Source: the human T2T-CHM13v2.0 reference genome, Homo sapiens
Reading direction: 5' to 3' (one strand)
Length of the DNA stretch: 64,000 bases
Assembly (NCBI RefSeq): GCF_009914755.1
Contig: NC_060934.1
The number at the start of each line of letters is the position of its first letter. Position 1 is the first letter of the stretch. The position numbers and the translations under genes were made by a program. Positions 41,182 through 53,626 of the stretch are shown here, piece after piece. Under the pieces are notes generated by a model. It was not told the origin of the DNA and searched no databases. It saw nothing but the letters and a program-made list of their open reading frames with translations.

Positions 41182-41484
41182 ACCTTCCCTGCAGAAAAGG
41201 CCCCAGGGATTGCACAGGATGCCAGGCTGATCCTTCTTTAGTCTCCTGGGCCCTCCTTCAATGCCAGGCTGATCCTTCTTCAGTTCCCCGGGCCCTCCTT
41301 CAATACCAGGCTGATCCTCCTTTAGTCTCCTGGGCCCTCCTTCAGTACCAGGCTGATCCTTATTCAGTTCCCCAGGCCCTCCTTCAATCCTTCTTTAGTC
41401 TCCTGGGCCCTCCTTCAATACCAGGCTGATCCTTCTTCAGTCTGGCATCCTGGGCAATTCCTGGGACTTTTCTGCAGGGAAGGT
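41182..41484. repeat. 42-bp minisatellite (41219-41440) enclosed by a ~44-bp inverted repeat (41182-41225 / 41442-41484)
   Basis: Units start at 41219, 41261, 41303, 41345, 41387 (truncated) and 41418 (partial). The arms match at 40 of 44 positions as reverse complements. Confidence 0.93.
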
Positions 41485-41549
41485 TGCCCTTTCCTCTACA
41501 ACCCTCCTCCTTGCCCCATTAAAAGATCCCCCAATAAAAGTCAATCAGA

Positions 41550-41912
<363 letters not shown>

Positions 41913-42472
41913 TCATCCTCATCTGGGTCGATCAGCTCAGCCCTGGTGCGCTCCACTGTCCCGGTTCTAACATTGCAAGCCCAGCATTCCAAGACCCCTT
42001 ACACCCCAGCCAGTCAGGATGGTGCCCACCCCATTGCCTGAGCTCTTAGCCCACGGGGGAGCTCCCCTATTGCCTGCAGAAAAAGGAACAGAAGTGTGGT
42101 CCACACCACAGGTCTGCAGGCCTGGTCTCCTGGCTACTCCCCCAGCAGCAAATCAGCCTGAGCTGCTTTCTCTCACCTACTCCCTTACACGTGGAGCTGA
42201 TTCCGTTTCTAAGTGAGTGGATAGAGAGGGGGATGGAAGAGCTAGCGGATGCCTCCATAGCCTGCAGAGACGGCAACAGGACCGTGTTTCTGAGGGTGGG
42301 CCAGGGCCTTCCTTCCTGGGACCCAGGAACTTCCATTTCAGTGCATTTTCTTCTCAAAGGTTGGACCTTGGTCCACGGTTGCAAGGAGAGCCCAGATCTA
42401 ACCATCATCACAAATCTGGATGTATATGCTGACCCTAGAGTTGGTAACGCTACTGTAGAAAATGTCTTCTTT

Positions 42473-42816
<344 letters not shown>

Positions 42817-44549
42817 TCAGCCCTTCCAGATTCTGTCCCAACCCCCAACTATAGAAATGGAGACAGTCAGGTGCCATGCTAGCTCCATGGAAAACTCAAG
42901 CCCTTTCCTCCTGAGTCAGTCAACAGACTGTGGAGTCGGGGCCAGTGGGGCAGGGCCTTCCCACAGGGGAAAATCCAGCAAAGCTTCATGCAGGAGGGTC
43001 GAGTTTCCCCGTGTGCTCCTCTGTGATTTCTAACCTTCCATGATGCGCCCATATTATTTTTAGTATGAAACATTTCAGACACATAAAAATATAGAGACTA
43101 ACATAGAGGACACCCACATAACCATCAACATCATCAGCTAAAGAAATGAAACCTTCAGAACCAGCTGAGGCCCCTCTGATGCCTTCCCCAAACCCCTCCC
43201 GCCTGCTCCAGAGCAAGCGTCAGTCCTGAATTAGAAGTTTATTTTCCCCATGTATGAGCAGCATGTGTCTTCAAAATCAGGTATTTTTTAAAAGAAAAGA
43301 AAATCGATTTTGCCCTCTACAGATTTAAGCTGCTGTTCTCAGACTTTGGGACCCTCCCGGACCAGGAGCATTTCCAAAGAAATTTGTGTAATGGTGAGAC
43401 TCTCCATTGTGCAGAGTAAGAACACGAAGGAAAAGAAACACCAAAAAAAAAAAAAAACTCCTGTGATTCCAGTAGCTTCCTAAGAGAAAGGAATTCAGTG
43501 GTGAAAATGCACCATATCCTCAGAATTTAAAAAGTGAACGCAAAGCCTTTATTTTTCTTTTGTTATTTTATTTTATTTTCCTACACAGACCCTGGAAAAC
43601 CTCTTCTTGACCAGCTCAGCACTGAGGACTCATCACTTCAGAAATCAGACCTCTGTGATCCGCGTGCCTAAGAGGATGGGGCTTTCCTGGAGGACCTCCG
43701 GGCAGAGCCAGGATGGGCATAGACTTTGCCGCAGGCCTCCTGCTCAGTCAGGTGAGCAGGCAGGTCTCAGGATGCCTCTGCTCTGTTACCCTCTCACCTC
43801 CTTATCTTCTCTCTTCCACCCGCTCTGCAGCCCTTCCTGTTCAGAGCCCTGAGGGAGGAGGCTGGGGTGTCCACCTCTCCTCTCCCTAGCCCCAGGTGCT
43901 CCCTGCCCACAGCCCAGGCAGAGGAGGGAAGGTCTGACCCCAGCCCTGAGGCTGGAAGGGCCTGGAGGGCACTGGCCGGGCTCTGAGCACCGGGCAAGAA
44001 GGAACAGGTCGCAATGAGTGACCGCAAGAGATCATGGTGACTCCTGAAAACGCCCAGGCCCCGCCTCAGTGCCCCGGGCTACCCCTGGCCCCCCAGGCTT
44101 TGTGCTGAAGCCGAGATAAAGTGGACAGGCGCACCTCACTCCTCCACAGGTGTGCCCCACCCCCCCACCCGCAGGTCTGCCCGAGAGCACGGCAGGTGGG
44201 AAAGAGACGAATCCTGACTCCAAGGCCAGGGCCGCCACCTCCCCAAAGCCCGATTTCACCCAATGCTACCATAAGTTGGCCTGGGCTGCTCCTGTACCCA
44301 CCTGGGGCTTCAGTTTCCACATCTGCCAAGCAAGGTGCCTGGGTCCGACCATCTGAGACCCAGGACAAAGGGAGCCCTGGGAACGCCAGGCTGTGATGAG
44401 CGAGCCTGGGTCTCGTTTCTAAACCTCACGGCACCAACACAACCCAAGTCCATACAGGGCTGTGCCCTGTCAGGGTGGAGGGCCCTGCCTGCTCAGCCCC
44501 GTCCTTCTCCCCCTTGCTCTGCCCTTTCCCCACCTCCCCCAACCCTAAC

Positions 44550-45597
44550 CACACAGACGCACACACACACACACACAGAGACACACACAGACACAGACGC
44601 ACAGATGCACACACAGACACACACAGACTCACGGACACATAGACACAAAGACACACACACACAGACACAGAGACACATACATGCACACACAGACACAGAC
44701 TCACGGATACAGACAGACACACACACATAGACAGTGACACACACACAGACACACACAAAGACACACAGACACACAGACACATACAGACACACATGGACAC
44801 AGACATTCACGCAGACCCACAGATAGACACAGACAGACACACAGATACACAGACACAGACACAGACAGACACACACACACATAGACACACAGACACACGG
44901 ATAGATAGACACACAGACAAAGACATACCTAGACACACACACACAGACACAGATATACAGAAACACAGATACACACAGATACATACACAGGCACATACAC
45001 GAACACACAGACATACCTAGACACACAGATACACACACAGAGCCACACACAGACACACATATACACATACACAGACACAGACACATATGCACAGACATAA
45101 ACACATATACAGACACAGACACACACAACACACAGACACACAGACACACAGGCACACAGACACACACAAACACATACACAGACACACACAGACACACACA
45201 GATAAACACACACAGACACATAGACACAGAGACACACACACACAGATAGGCACACAGACACACAAACACATACACAGACACACACACAGACACAGACACA
45301 CACAGATAAACACACACAGACACATAGACACAGAGACACACACACACAGATACACACACAAAGCCACACACAGACACAGACACACAGATAAGACACACAC
45401 ACAAATGGACACACACAGACACATAGACACAGAGACACACTCAGACACACACACAGATACACACATACACATGCAGATGCACACAAGGACACACAGACAC
45501 ACAAACATACAGAGACTTACACACAGATGCACACATACAGAGACACGCATACAGACACACAGACACACACACAGATGCACACACAGACGTACACGTA
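44550..45597. repeat. About 1.05-kb degenerate (CA)n/(GACA)n/(GACACA)n low-complexity tract
   Basis: Read directly. It produces the spurious H/T/D-rich and C/V-rich ORFs in the track. Confidence 0.97.
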
Positions 45598-45949
45598 TAT
45601 TATTTGCAGCCGAAGAGAGGCAGGCTGCGTGCAGAGGCTGGCAGCTGGGCTCCGTCTGTCCATGCGAGGCGCCCGCTCCTGTTTGTGCGGGACACGTGCC
45701 CAGGTCCTCACCAGCAGCTCAGGCAGAACCTGGAGCCACAGACACCGCCCAGCACCATCCTCACACATCCTCTGCCCACCTGCCCTCTGCTCCGCGTCAG
45801 GGGAGGCAGGAGCTGCCCCTGGGGCCTGCTCCAGGCAGTTCTGCCACCGCAGGTGAGAGGGGTGGGCTGGAAGGAACCCTGGAAGCAGGTGGGGGCCCTC
45901 GGAGGCAGCCGCCCCACAAACACCAAGCACACATGGAACTCGGCAGTCC

Positions 45950-45955
45950 TTTATT
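45950..45955 (-). terminator. CALML5: CALML5 poly(A) signal AATAAA
   Basis: TTTATT on the + strand about 280 nt past the stop, followed on the - strand by a GU-rich element (TGTGTGCTTGGTGTTTGT). Confidence 0.9.
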
Positions 45956-46234
45956 TAGATCAATGCGGGGCTGAGGGGCCCTCATTCCACTGCAGGGCAA
46001 AGGGGGACCAGGCCCAAGGAGGCCTCCTTCTGCCCAAGGTCTGGAGGCAGAGAGGGGCTCGCAGGCGGCCCGAGGGCGCCGCATCCAGGCCCCGGAGCGC
46101 AAAGCCTTCCTCCCAGGGGGAGGCAGTTTCCCATCCACCGACCAGGTTTCCCCGGAGAGTCCCAGCACAAAAGCAGCAGCGGGCGGTGGCCCTGAAGGCT
46201 CAGAGCGCAGCCAGGGGGACACAGGCGGGGAGCC

Positions 46235-46675
46235 TCACTCCTGGGCGAGCATCCTCGCGAACTCCTCGTAGTTCACCCGCCCGTCCTGGTCCACGTCGGC
46301 CTCGCGGATCATGGCGTCCAGCTCCTCCTGCGGCAGCGGCTGCCCCAGCCCCGCCATGGCCCGCCTGAGCTCGTCCACGGTGATGTGGCCGTCGCCATCC
46401 TGGTCGAAGGCGCGGAAGGCGACCTGCAGGTCCTCCAGGCCGGCCCTGGCCTTCTTCGCCGCCGTCAGGAACTCCTGGAAGCTGATTTCGCCGTCGCCGT
46501 CGCTGTCAACCTCGGAGATGAGTTTCCTTAGCTGGGCCTCCGAGAGGTTCTTGCCCGTGGCCTTCAGCGCCGCGCCCAGCTCCTGGGCATTGATGGTGCC
46601 GTTTCCATCCGTGTCAACCGCGGAGAAAGCCTTTTTGTACTGGGCCTCCTCCTCAGGAGTCAGCTCACCGGCCAT
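46235..46675 (-). CDS. CALML5: Calmodulin-like protein 5 (CLSP), 146 aa, single exon
   Basis: ATG in strong Kozak context (GCAGGCATGG), with an in-frame upstream TGA at 46727-46729. MAGELTPEEEAQYKKAF...MLAQE has four EF-hand loops (DTDGNGTINAQE, DSDGDGEISFQE, DQDGDGHITVDE, DVDQDGRVNYEE). CpG-rich body. Confidence 0.98.
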   Translation of the reverse strand: MAGELTPEEEAQYKKAFSAVDTDGNGTINAQELGAALKATGKNLSEAQLRKLISEVDSDGDGEISFQEFLTAAKKARAGLEDLQVAFRAFDQDGDGHITVDELRRAMAGLGQPLPQEELDAMIREADVDQDGRVNYEEFARMLAQE

Positions 46676-47000
46676 GCCTGCGTCTCCTGCACCTCGCGGA
46701 GCCTCCGAGCTGCTGCCCACCGGCCCTCAACCTGCTGCTCTCAGAGCTCGTGGTCCAGAGTGCAGGCAGCCGCAGGGATCCGGGCAGCGTCTGTCCCAGA
46801 CAGTTCTGCCTTGGCATGGGAACCCCCTCCTTTTCTGCAATCGGAACAAAGGGAGGAGGGAGGCTCCCCACCCTCCAAATGCCCTGGGGTGAGAGCCTCC
46901 TCCCAGGGAGGGCCAGATCAGCTGCAGACAGGAAATGCAGGAATGGGAGTTGGGAGAGCTGTCAGGTGCCAGGTGGGAACTGCCATGGGGTCGGGGTATC
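46676..47000 (-). promoter_or_regulatory. CALML5: CALML5 5' UTR and proximal promoter (no canonical TATA seen)
   Basis: Lies directly upstream of the CDS. CCCCACCC (KLF/Sp) near 46866, and ACAGGAAAT (ETS-like) and GGAATG (TEAD-like) near 46928-46946. The TSS cannot be fixed from sequence. Confidence 0.55.
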
Positions 47001-50000
47001 GGATGGCTAGCCTGCCAACCCCGCCTGGCCTTGATAGCAACCACCTCCCTCCAGGAACATTCTGCCCAAGGGATAGTTTCCCCTGCAGCTGATTCTCGGA
47101 GATCCTGACCAAGCCAAGGGGTTCAAGACAGCTTCTGCAACTTCACAAAGACTGAGACTGGAGGGGGAGGTGGCTTGAAGAGGGCTCCCTCAAGGGCACA
47201 GCAGGCCCCAGTGTTTGGTGTTTCCGTACCCCTCTCTCCAGTGCTACTGCCTAGCTCTTGCCCTGAGGCTGGGGCTGGTGGAAGGGAAGTGGGTGGTAGT
47301 GTTGATTCTGCCAGGGCACAACTGTGGGTATCATGAGATTCCCAGGCCAGGGTCTAGAGACAGAGGATGGGGCTCACTGCCTATAACTTCAAGGAAGCAA
47401 GGGACCAGGGCTGCCTTCAGAGCCATAGCTGGTGCTGAGATGGTGTTTATCAAGTGAACATGTGACGTGCAGTTTCAGAGGAGAGGGAAAGACTTTTTGT
47501 CTCCCCAGAATACTCCCTTCTAGCTCAGGGATTCCTACAATTCAATTCCATCGCCAAGTCCAAGGTTCCCTGTGCAGACACCCTGGGAGCTCAGTGGCAG
47601 GCGTTCCATTCACAGGGCGTCAAACAGTTACAGCTGGAGTTTTGCTGCAGCGAGACACGGGGGACCTCAGTGCCCAGCATACCCCAAAGGTGCAGGCAGA
47701 GGTGCAGGAGGATGCAGAACAGGTGGCTGCCATCAAACTTGGCCCTCCTTGTGGTTTTACTAAGCATCAGCCCTAAGCACAGAGACCCATCTGGGAGCCT
47801 ACTGGGGTCCTCAATCTGATCTGTTCTCTGGAAGGAAACCCCCAGGGCCACTTGCCTTGACCAACTTTTAGAGCAACAGCTAAGCTTTCGGGGGACCATC
47901 CCCAAGTCCTTCCACTGATGTGATCTACAGTTGTGAGGGGACATTTGCCTTGGAGTCCCCAAAATGCCTTTCCCAAGCAAGTCCCCTCTGATCTCCATAG
48001 ATTCCCATTCTTCTCCCCAGCCCCTGCCCGTACACAGGGAACAAACTCCTTTATTCCCCTGGGAAAGTTTATACATTCCACCTCCCTCCTGTTCAGCCCA
48101 TCAAATAGACCAAGTGCCCTCTCCTTCCCTAAAGTGCAGCCAGACAAACACCTCCCAGCCCCTTGGTGCTGCACACATTCTCCAAGGGAAGCCGGAGGCT
48201 GGGGTGCCCAACCACGCACTCCATGACCCACAGCTCAGTCCCCCAGGACCACACAAGGGGCAAACCAGGCAGAGCAGTGAGAGGAGGGAAGATGCCCCAG
48301 CCAGCCCTAGTGTGGCAGCTGCTCCCTGAGCTGCATGTGAGGGGCCAGAGGGAGGTGCAAAGGGCTCGGAAGCACCACAGCAGAGGGAGAGGCTGAGGTC
48401 TGCAGAGAGGGAGCTCCGTGGACCAGGTACAAAAGGGAAGGTCATGGTCAGCAGGGAGAGGGAAGGAAGGGGGTCACCCCACCGGAGTTCAGGGGGACCC
48501 AGCATAGACAGAGAGATGCAGAGAGCAGTGTCCCAGTTGTCTAACTCATTTTATAAAGATAGCTTGAAGATTTTCTAGCTCACCTCAGTGGTGGAATAAT
48601 ACAGAGGCCTCAATAAATACTGAGCAACCAATTTCTCAATGAAATTGACAACCGGTTTGGGGTGGAGAACGTGGTTCTGGCCAGGAGATGAGAACAGAGA
48701 AGCATCCTGCCTGGTGAGGGGCCCAGGGAGGGCGGGACTCTGAATAGCTGGATTCAGCCCAGCTCCTTGTTTTATTTCCTTAAAGAATACCTGAAGATTT
48801 AAATCTATAGTTGAAATTTCCTTTCCTTCTGATCTTGTTGATGGGACCTGTGATTAAAATCCAAAGGCTTAATAATTATTTCATGTCATTTTCCCCAGGT
48901 ATTAAATACTACTTTGCAAACAATATTAGGAGACTTGAGCTCCCGGTTCCAGTTTTGTCAGTGATGTGGAAACGTGTGTCTCAATATCCACATCTATAAA
49001 CTAGGATGATGCACCCACCATATCTGATCGGAGCGTGTAGGATCAGAATATTAAGTACAGAGCCAGCAGCAGGTGTTATTATTCTATGATAAACCTCATG
49101 TTAATAACAAGCTGATTCATGTTTGATGTAAACCAACACTCGGGAAAACATCTACTTGAAGGGGAATCTCACAATTTTGTGATTATACCTCTTTTGATTG
49201 AACGGAAAAATTAAATGCGTCCACCTCGAGGTTTAGTTAAGTCCAACATGCCAAGGCTCAGAGCATTAGCTGACTTTTCAGTGTCAGCTCCAGACAGAGG
49301 CAGTTCCATGCAGAGCAGAAGCACCTATTTAGAAAAAGCCTCAGGCTGTCTCATCACGAGACAGGATGATGGTCACTATTCTCACGATGTGCGTTTTCTA
49401 GATGGAGAGAGGCCGTGTCCATAGGGAAAGTCCCCTGACTTCCCGCTGCGTGTTTCCCCATCCAGGGTCATTTCCTCCCTAACACATTCTCTTTTCAGGG
49501 CATGTACAAGCACTGAGATTGTTTTTTTCATCCTCCCCTCAGCCTCCCACCACAAGTGGCTTGCAAGTATGCAAGCCGTCAGCTGCCTTGGCTCAGCCTC
49601 TGTGGGTGAAGTTTCCACTCCCCTCCTCTGGGTTCAGCACTAGGGACACCAAGGACGGCCATGCCTGAGTGACCCGCACCACAGACGGCCTGGCACAGCC
49701 CAAATGGGGGCTCCCGAAGAGGGACAAGATGGCATTTGTTGTCAAATCTAGGCAAGCTTGGTCAAGCCCCTCTGCCTTGGCTGGTTTAGCACGGCAGTTG
49801 GGTGCAGAGCCTGGCTTTGAGGAGGGAGAAACCCTTCTTTCTAGCTAAGGTGCATTCTCAGGCGACGCCTTCTGCGTGTATCCCTGTGTGATGCAGGGGC
49901 CAAGGGCATCACCCGTCCTCCACTCCATAAGGAGCCTGAAGCTGGGGTGCCCAGCCGCTGGCTCCACATCCCACAGCTGAGCTCCCCCGACCCAGGGGCC

Positions 50001-50488
50001 ATGTGCGAAGCAAACCCAGCAGGGAAGTGAGAGGAAGGAAGATACCCCAGCTAGCCCTAATGTGGTGGCTGCCCCCGGAGCTGTGTGCGAGGGGCCTAAG
50101 GGAGGTGCAGAAGGCTGGGAAGAACTGCAGCAGAGGGACAGGCTGAAGTTTGCAGAGAAGGATCCAGGGACCAGGTGAGAAAGAGAAGGTCGTGATCAGC
50201 ACAGAAGAGGGAAGTGGGGGGGTTTGCAGGGAGATGGCAGCTTTGTGATTGAGTGCTGGAGGTGGGCTCTCCTCCCCTCTCCCGCGCCTGTCAGCTGAGC
50301 CCCTCATGGAGACGCCAACTCTCCCTGCCACCCTGGAGGAGAAAGGGAGTCTCCTTCATTGAGGAGGACTGAAGACGTCTGCAACTTGCTATAGAAAGGA
50401 TGAAAACCTCTCCAAGGTGGCTGGACAGGTCCCCAGAGGCAGGAAGGGGAGAGTTATCATCAGTCATGGGACTGCCTTGTGCATTAGC

Positions 50489-50701
50489 TGTGTGCACATG
50501 TGTTTTTGTGTGTGTATGTATATGTCTATTTGTGTGTGCATGTGTGTGTGGGTTTGAGTTTGTGTGTGCATGTGAGCACAAGTTTGCATGTGTGTGCAAG
50601 TGTGCATGCATGTATGTGTGTGTGGGTTTGAGTTTGTGTGTGCATGTGAGCACAAGTTTGCATGTGTGTGCAAGTGTGCATGCATGTATGTGTGTGTGTG
50701 T
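50489..50701. repeat. (TG)/(TGCA)-rich tract containing a 74-bp tandem duplication
   Basis: GGGTTTGAGTTTGTGTGTGCATGTGAGCACAAGTTTGC starts at 50550 and again at 50624. Confidence 0.93.
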
Positions 50702-51167
50702 TGGGAGAAGATATGCAGGGTGTAGGGTGGCTGTCCTGTTCAGGCAAGGCCAGCTCTAGCTTTCACACCAGACTCACCCCGGGAACAAAAACACACTCTG
50801 GCACTTCCACTACACTTTGGCTCCTCAGAGTGGAGAAACCAGTCAAACAGGCCTTGGAGCCTCAACCAGCACAGAAACTCCTCACACTTCTGTGTTTGCA
50901 GAAACTGATCTCACCTGGCACCTGTGCTGTCTCTGCAGTGTTGGCACAGCCCTGACCTTCTCTGAGGACAGGGCAGCCCCAGGGAAATGAGAAGGGCCTG
51001 TGTGGAGGGTGTGATCTGTGGAAGAGAACACGGGGGACCCAGCTTCACAGAGCTCATCTCCCTTGCGATTATCCTCAGCAATGAGAAATAGAAATGATGA
51101 GCGATTGTGCTGGTTGCACAGGCAGCTGGCTCCGAGCCCCCTTTCCTGGGTACTCCTAGACACTACC

Positions 51168-51397
51168 CACCTTCCCTGCACACCACACACCTCCCCTACA
51201 CACCACACACCTCCCCTGCACACCGCGCACCTCCCCTACACACCACACACCTCCCCTACACACCACACACCTCCCCTGCACACCACACACCTTCCTCCCC
51301 TACACACCACACACCTTCCTCCCCTACACACCACGCACCTCCCCTACACACCACGCACCTCCCCTACACACCACACACCTTCCCTACACACCACACA
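51168..51397. repeat. Minisatellite, about 11 x 20 bp (CACCTCCCCTACACACCACA), two units with a 4-bp insertion
   Basis: Read directly. Confidence 0.95.
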
Positions 51398-52859
51398 ACG
51401 TCTTCCCAACAGCGTGTGGTAAGATCACTGGGGGTGAGCTCCTGGCTTCTGCACTTTGCTCCCTGTGTGGCCTGGGTGAGCTGTTTCACCCCTAAACGCT
51501 GCATGCCTCTCTGGTGAAGAATATGGTACTAGCACCTGCCTTATAGGAGACTTGAGAGGGGCAAAGCCCTGCAGGAAAGCCTCCGCCCAGCACCTGGTGA
51601 GAGCAAGCACTCAGTAGGCAGAGCCCCTGCTAGCTCCTGCACCCCCTGCCTGCGCCAGCTCTCTGCTGGGTGCCATGCCAGGCTGCTTCCTGGGCAAAGC
51701 AGAAGTATCCTCACTGCAGACCTGGGTGGCAATTCTAAGTTCTCAGGGCTTCAGCTGAGTAAAGAAATGCCTGATTTCACTGATGCCATGGACAGCATCG
51801 ACCTTGCTGTCCACTGCACTCCTGGGGTCCCCCACGTGCTCCACGTGTGTGGAACACGCTTGACAGAGGCTTATAATTCTACAGGAAACCATCACAGGGT
51901 GAGGACTCGGAAGGTGGAGAGCTCTGTTCCAGTCTAGATTCCTGTCCAATCAATGGTGTGATTCTTGGGCGACAACAACCTGAAGTCACGCCAGGGGGTT
52001 CCCTGGACAAAGGGCAGAGGCCCCCCGACTCCCTCTCCTGGAGAGGATGCTTTTGCGTTCTCGGGTGAGGAGAGGCTCTGGGGCTGGTGTGGGTTGCTAT
52101 TTACCCAGTGCCCACAATCTGTCTAGACTTGCTGGGCTAGTTGGCAAAAGCAGTCCTCCCCCAGACTCTTACCCATCAATGACACACCTGGGAACCTGGC
52201 AGGACACACCTGGCTCTGTGTCCCAGACCCGGAGCCTGTTTATCGGTCCCCATCTCCCATCCCTGATTATCCAGCACCTCCTGGAGAAGTGTCTTGAGAG
52301 AGGTACTTATCCAAGAACTGAAACATTTCAACTCGGACCGTATTGGATGGAAATCTAAGGTGGATTACATGTTTTGTTCCCCATCATTTTAAACAAATTA
52401 GATGGAGCATAATCCCAGTGGTTTAAAATGATACATTAGGACCCTCCATTCACTGCGCAGAGGTTTGTGTGGGGTCTGCCATGCGTGAGACGGTCCTGGT
52501 TCGTGGTGATTTCCCAGGTGGACCTTCCCACCTGCCGTCGTGGGGTAGGCGGCCCCTCTCCCTCTCCCATGGGTCTTCTCAGCATGTTCTGAGCTCCTCT
52601 TCATTTCACAGCTAGTTTTGGCAGAACTTAAGGCATAACTCAGTTGTCAGGAAAAAATATCAGCAGCTTTCGTCTAAAATCAGTAATAGAGCAGTGGTTC
52701 TGAGGGTGGTGCTCCGGACTGCCGATGTATTTCAGGATTCAGGACCATATTTTGAAGCGTGAAGATGGCCGTGAGCCTGAACACTGGACAGGATCAGGGA
52801 TTATCATGATCCTGTTCATTGCTATAACACATATGTACAAAAACCCTTTGGGGAAGTTT

Positions 52860-53410
52860 AGACCCAAACAACTAAATGCAAGTAGATGGATGTGCAAAGT
52901 GAGAGGCGAGAGGGAAATCTATTTAAATAATCCTGGAAACCCAGAAGTTCTCAAAGAAAAGGTAGATGTATTTGACTACCTATAAAAAAGATAAAAACTT
53001 CTGTGTGAGCAGCAAAAAAAGACTATATCTAGATAAAGCAAAATGATAGATCTTGGAGGAAATGAAAATTATACAAATGATTTTATATATAAAGAGCTCT
53101 AAAATTGTTAAAACTACAACAAAAACAATAGAAAAATAAGCCAAGGATGTAAGTAGCCAGTTCACAGGAGAGCAAATTCAAATGGCCAACAAACAGTAAA
53201 GATGATAAATTCAGCCGTAGAGGAGGAAGTACAAATTAAAATAATAATGAGGCGTCATTTCATGCCCAATCTAGCTGGCAAACATTGAATTCATTAAAAT
53301 ACCTACTGCTAGAGAAGATGTGAAGAAATTTTTATCATTCCACATTGCCGGTGAAAAGGTCAAATGTGACAGCTTTGTTCTAAGTAATCTGGCAATGTGT
53401 CATGTATTAC
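52860..53410 (+). mobile_element. Old L1 (L1M) ORF2 3' fragment
   Basis: 'aaagaaaag...atttgactac...aaaaacttctg' and 'aaggat...cagttcaca...caaatggccaac'. Confidence 0.7.
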
Positions 53411-53626
53411 AACTAATAACAGGATTATACATCTATAAACAAAAATCTAGGATATTAATATGGGTTGCAGATATACCAATACGCAGAAAAGGGGGTGAAA
53501 AGATGAAAAAGGCTGAATGATATGGCCATTGTGTGTGTTTGTGTGTATGTGTGTATGAGAAACTGGATAAAACATTTGTAAAGGATCTTTGTTTTGTTAA
53601 GTATTTCCTATTTATTTTTATTTTTC

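Noticed and set aside
42180-42300. EF-hand-like snippets ([16 protein letters not shown]) suggesting a CALML pseudogene
   Set aside because: They are short, in different frames and in the wrong order, with no flanking helices. A tBLASTn with CALML5 giving a collinear hit would reopen the question.
44040-44170. Promoter-like GC box, GATAAA and Inr-like TCACTCC
   Set aside because: The ~23-bp spacing is too short for TATA-Inr, and no gene is evident downstream.
44335-45974. Long ORFs of 126-315 aa rich in C/V or H/T/D
   Set aside because: They are translations of the stop-poor CA/TG low-complexity tract.
46676-46720. 15-aa N-terminal extension of CALML5 in the ORF track (161 aa)
   Set aside because: It starts at a GTG with C at -3. 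The ATG at 46675 has a strong Kozak context and gives the known 146-aa protein.
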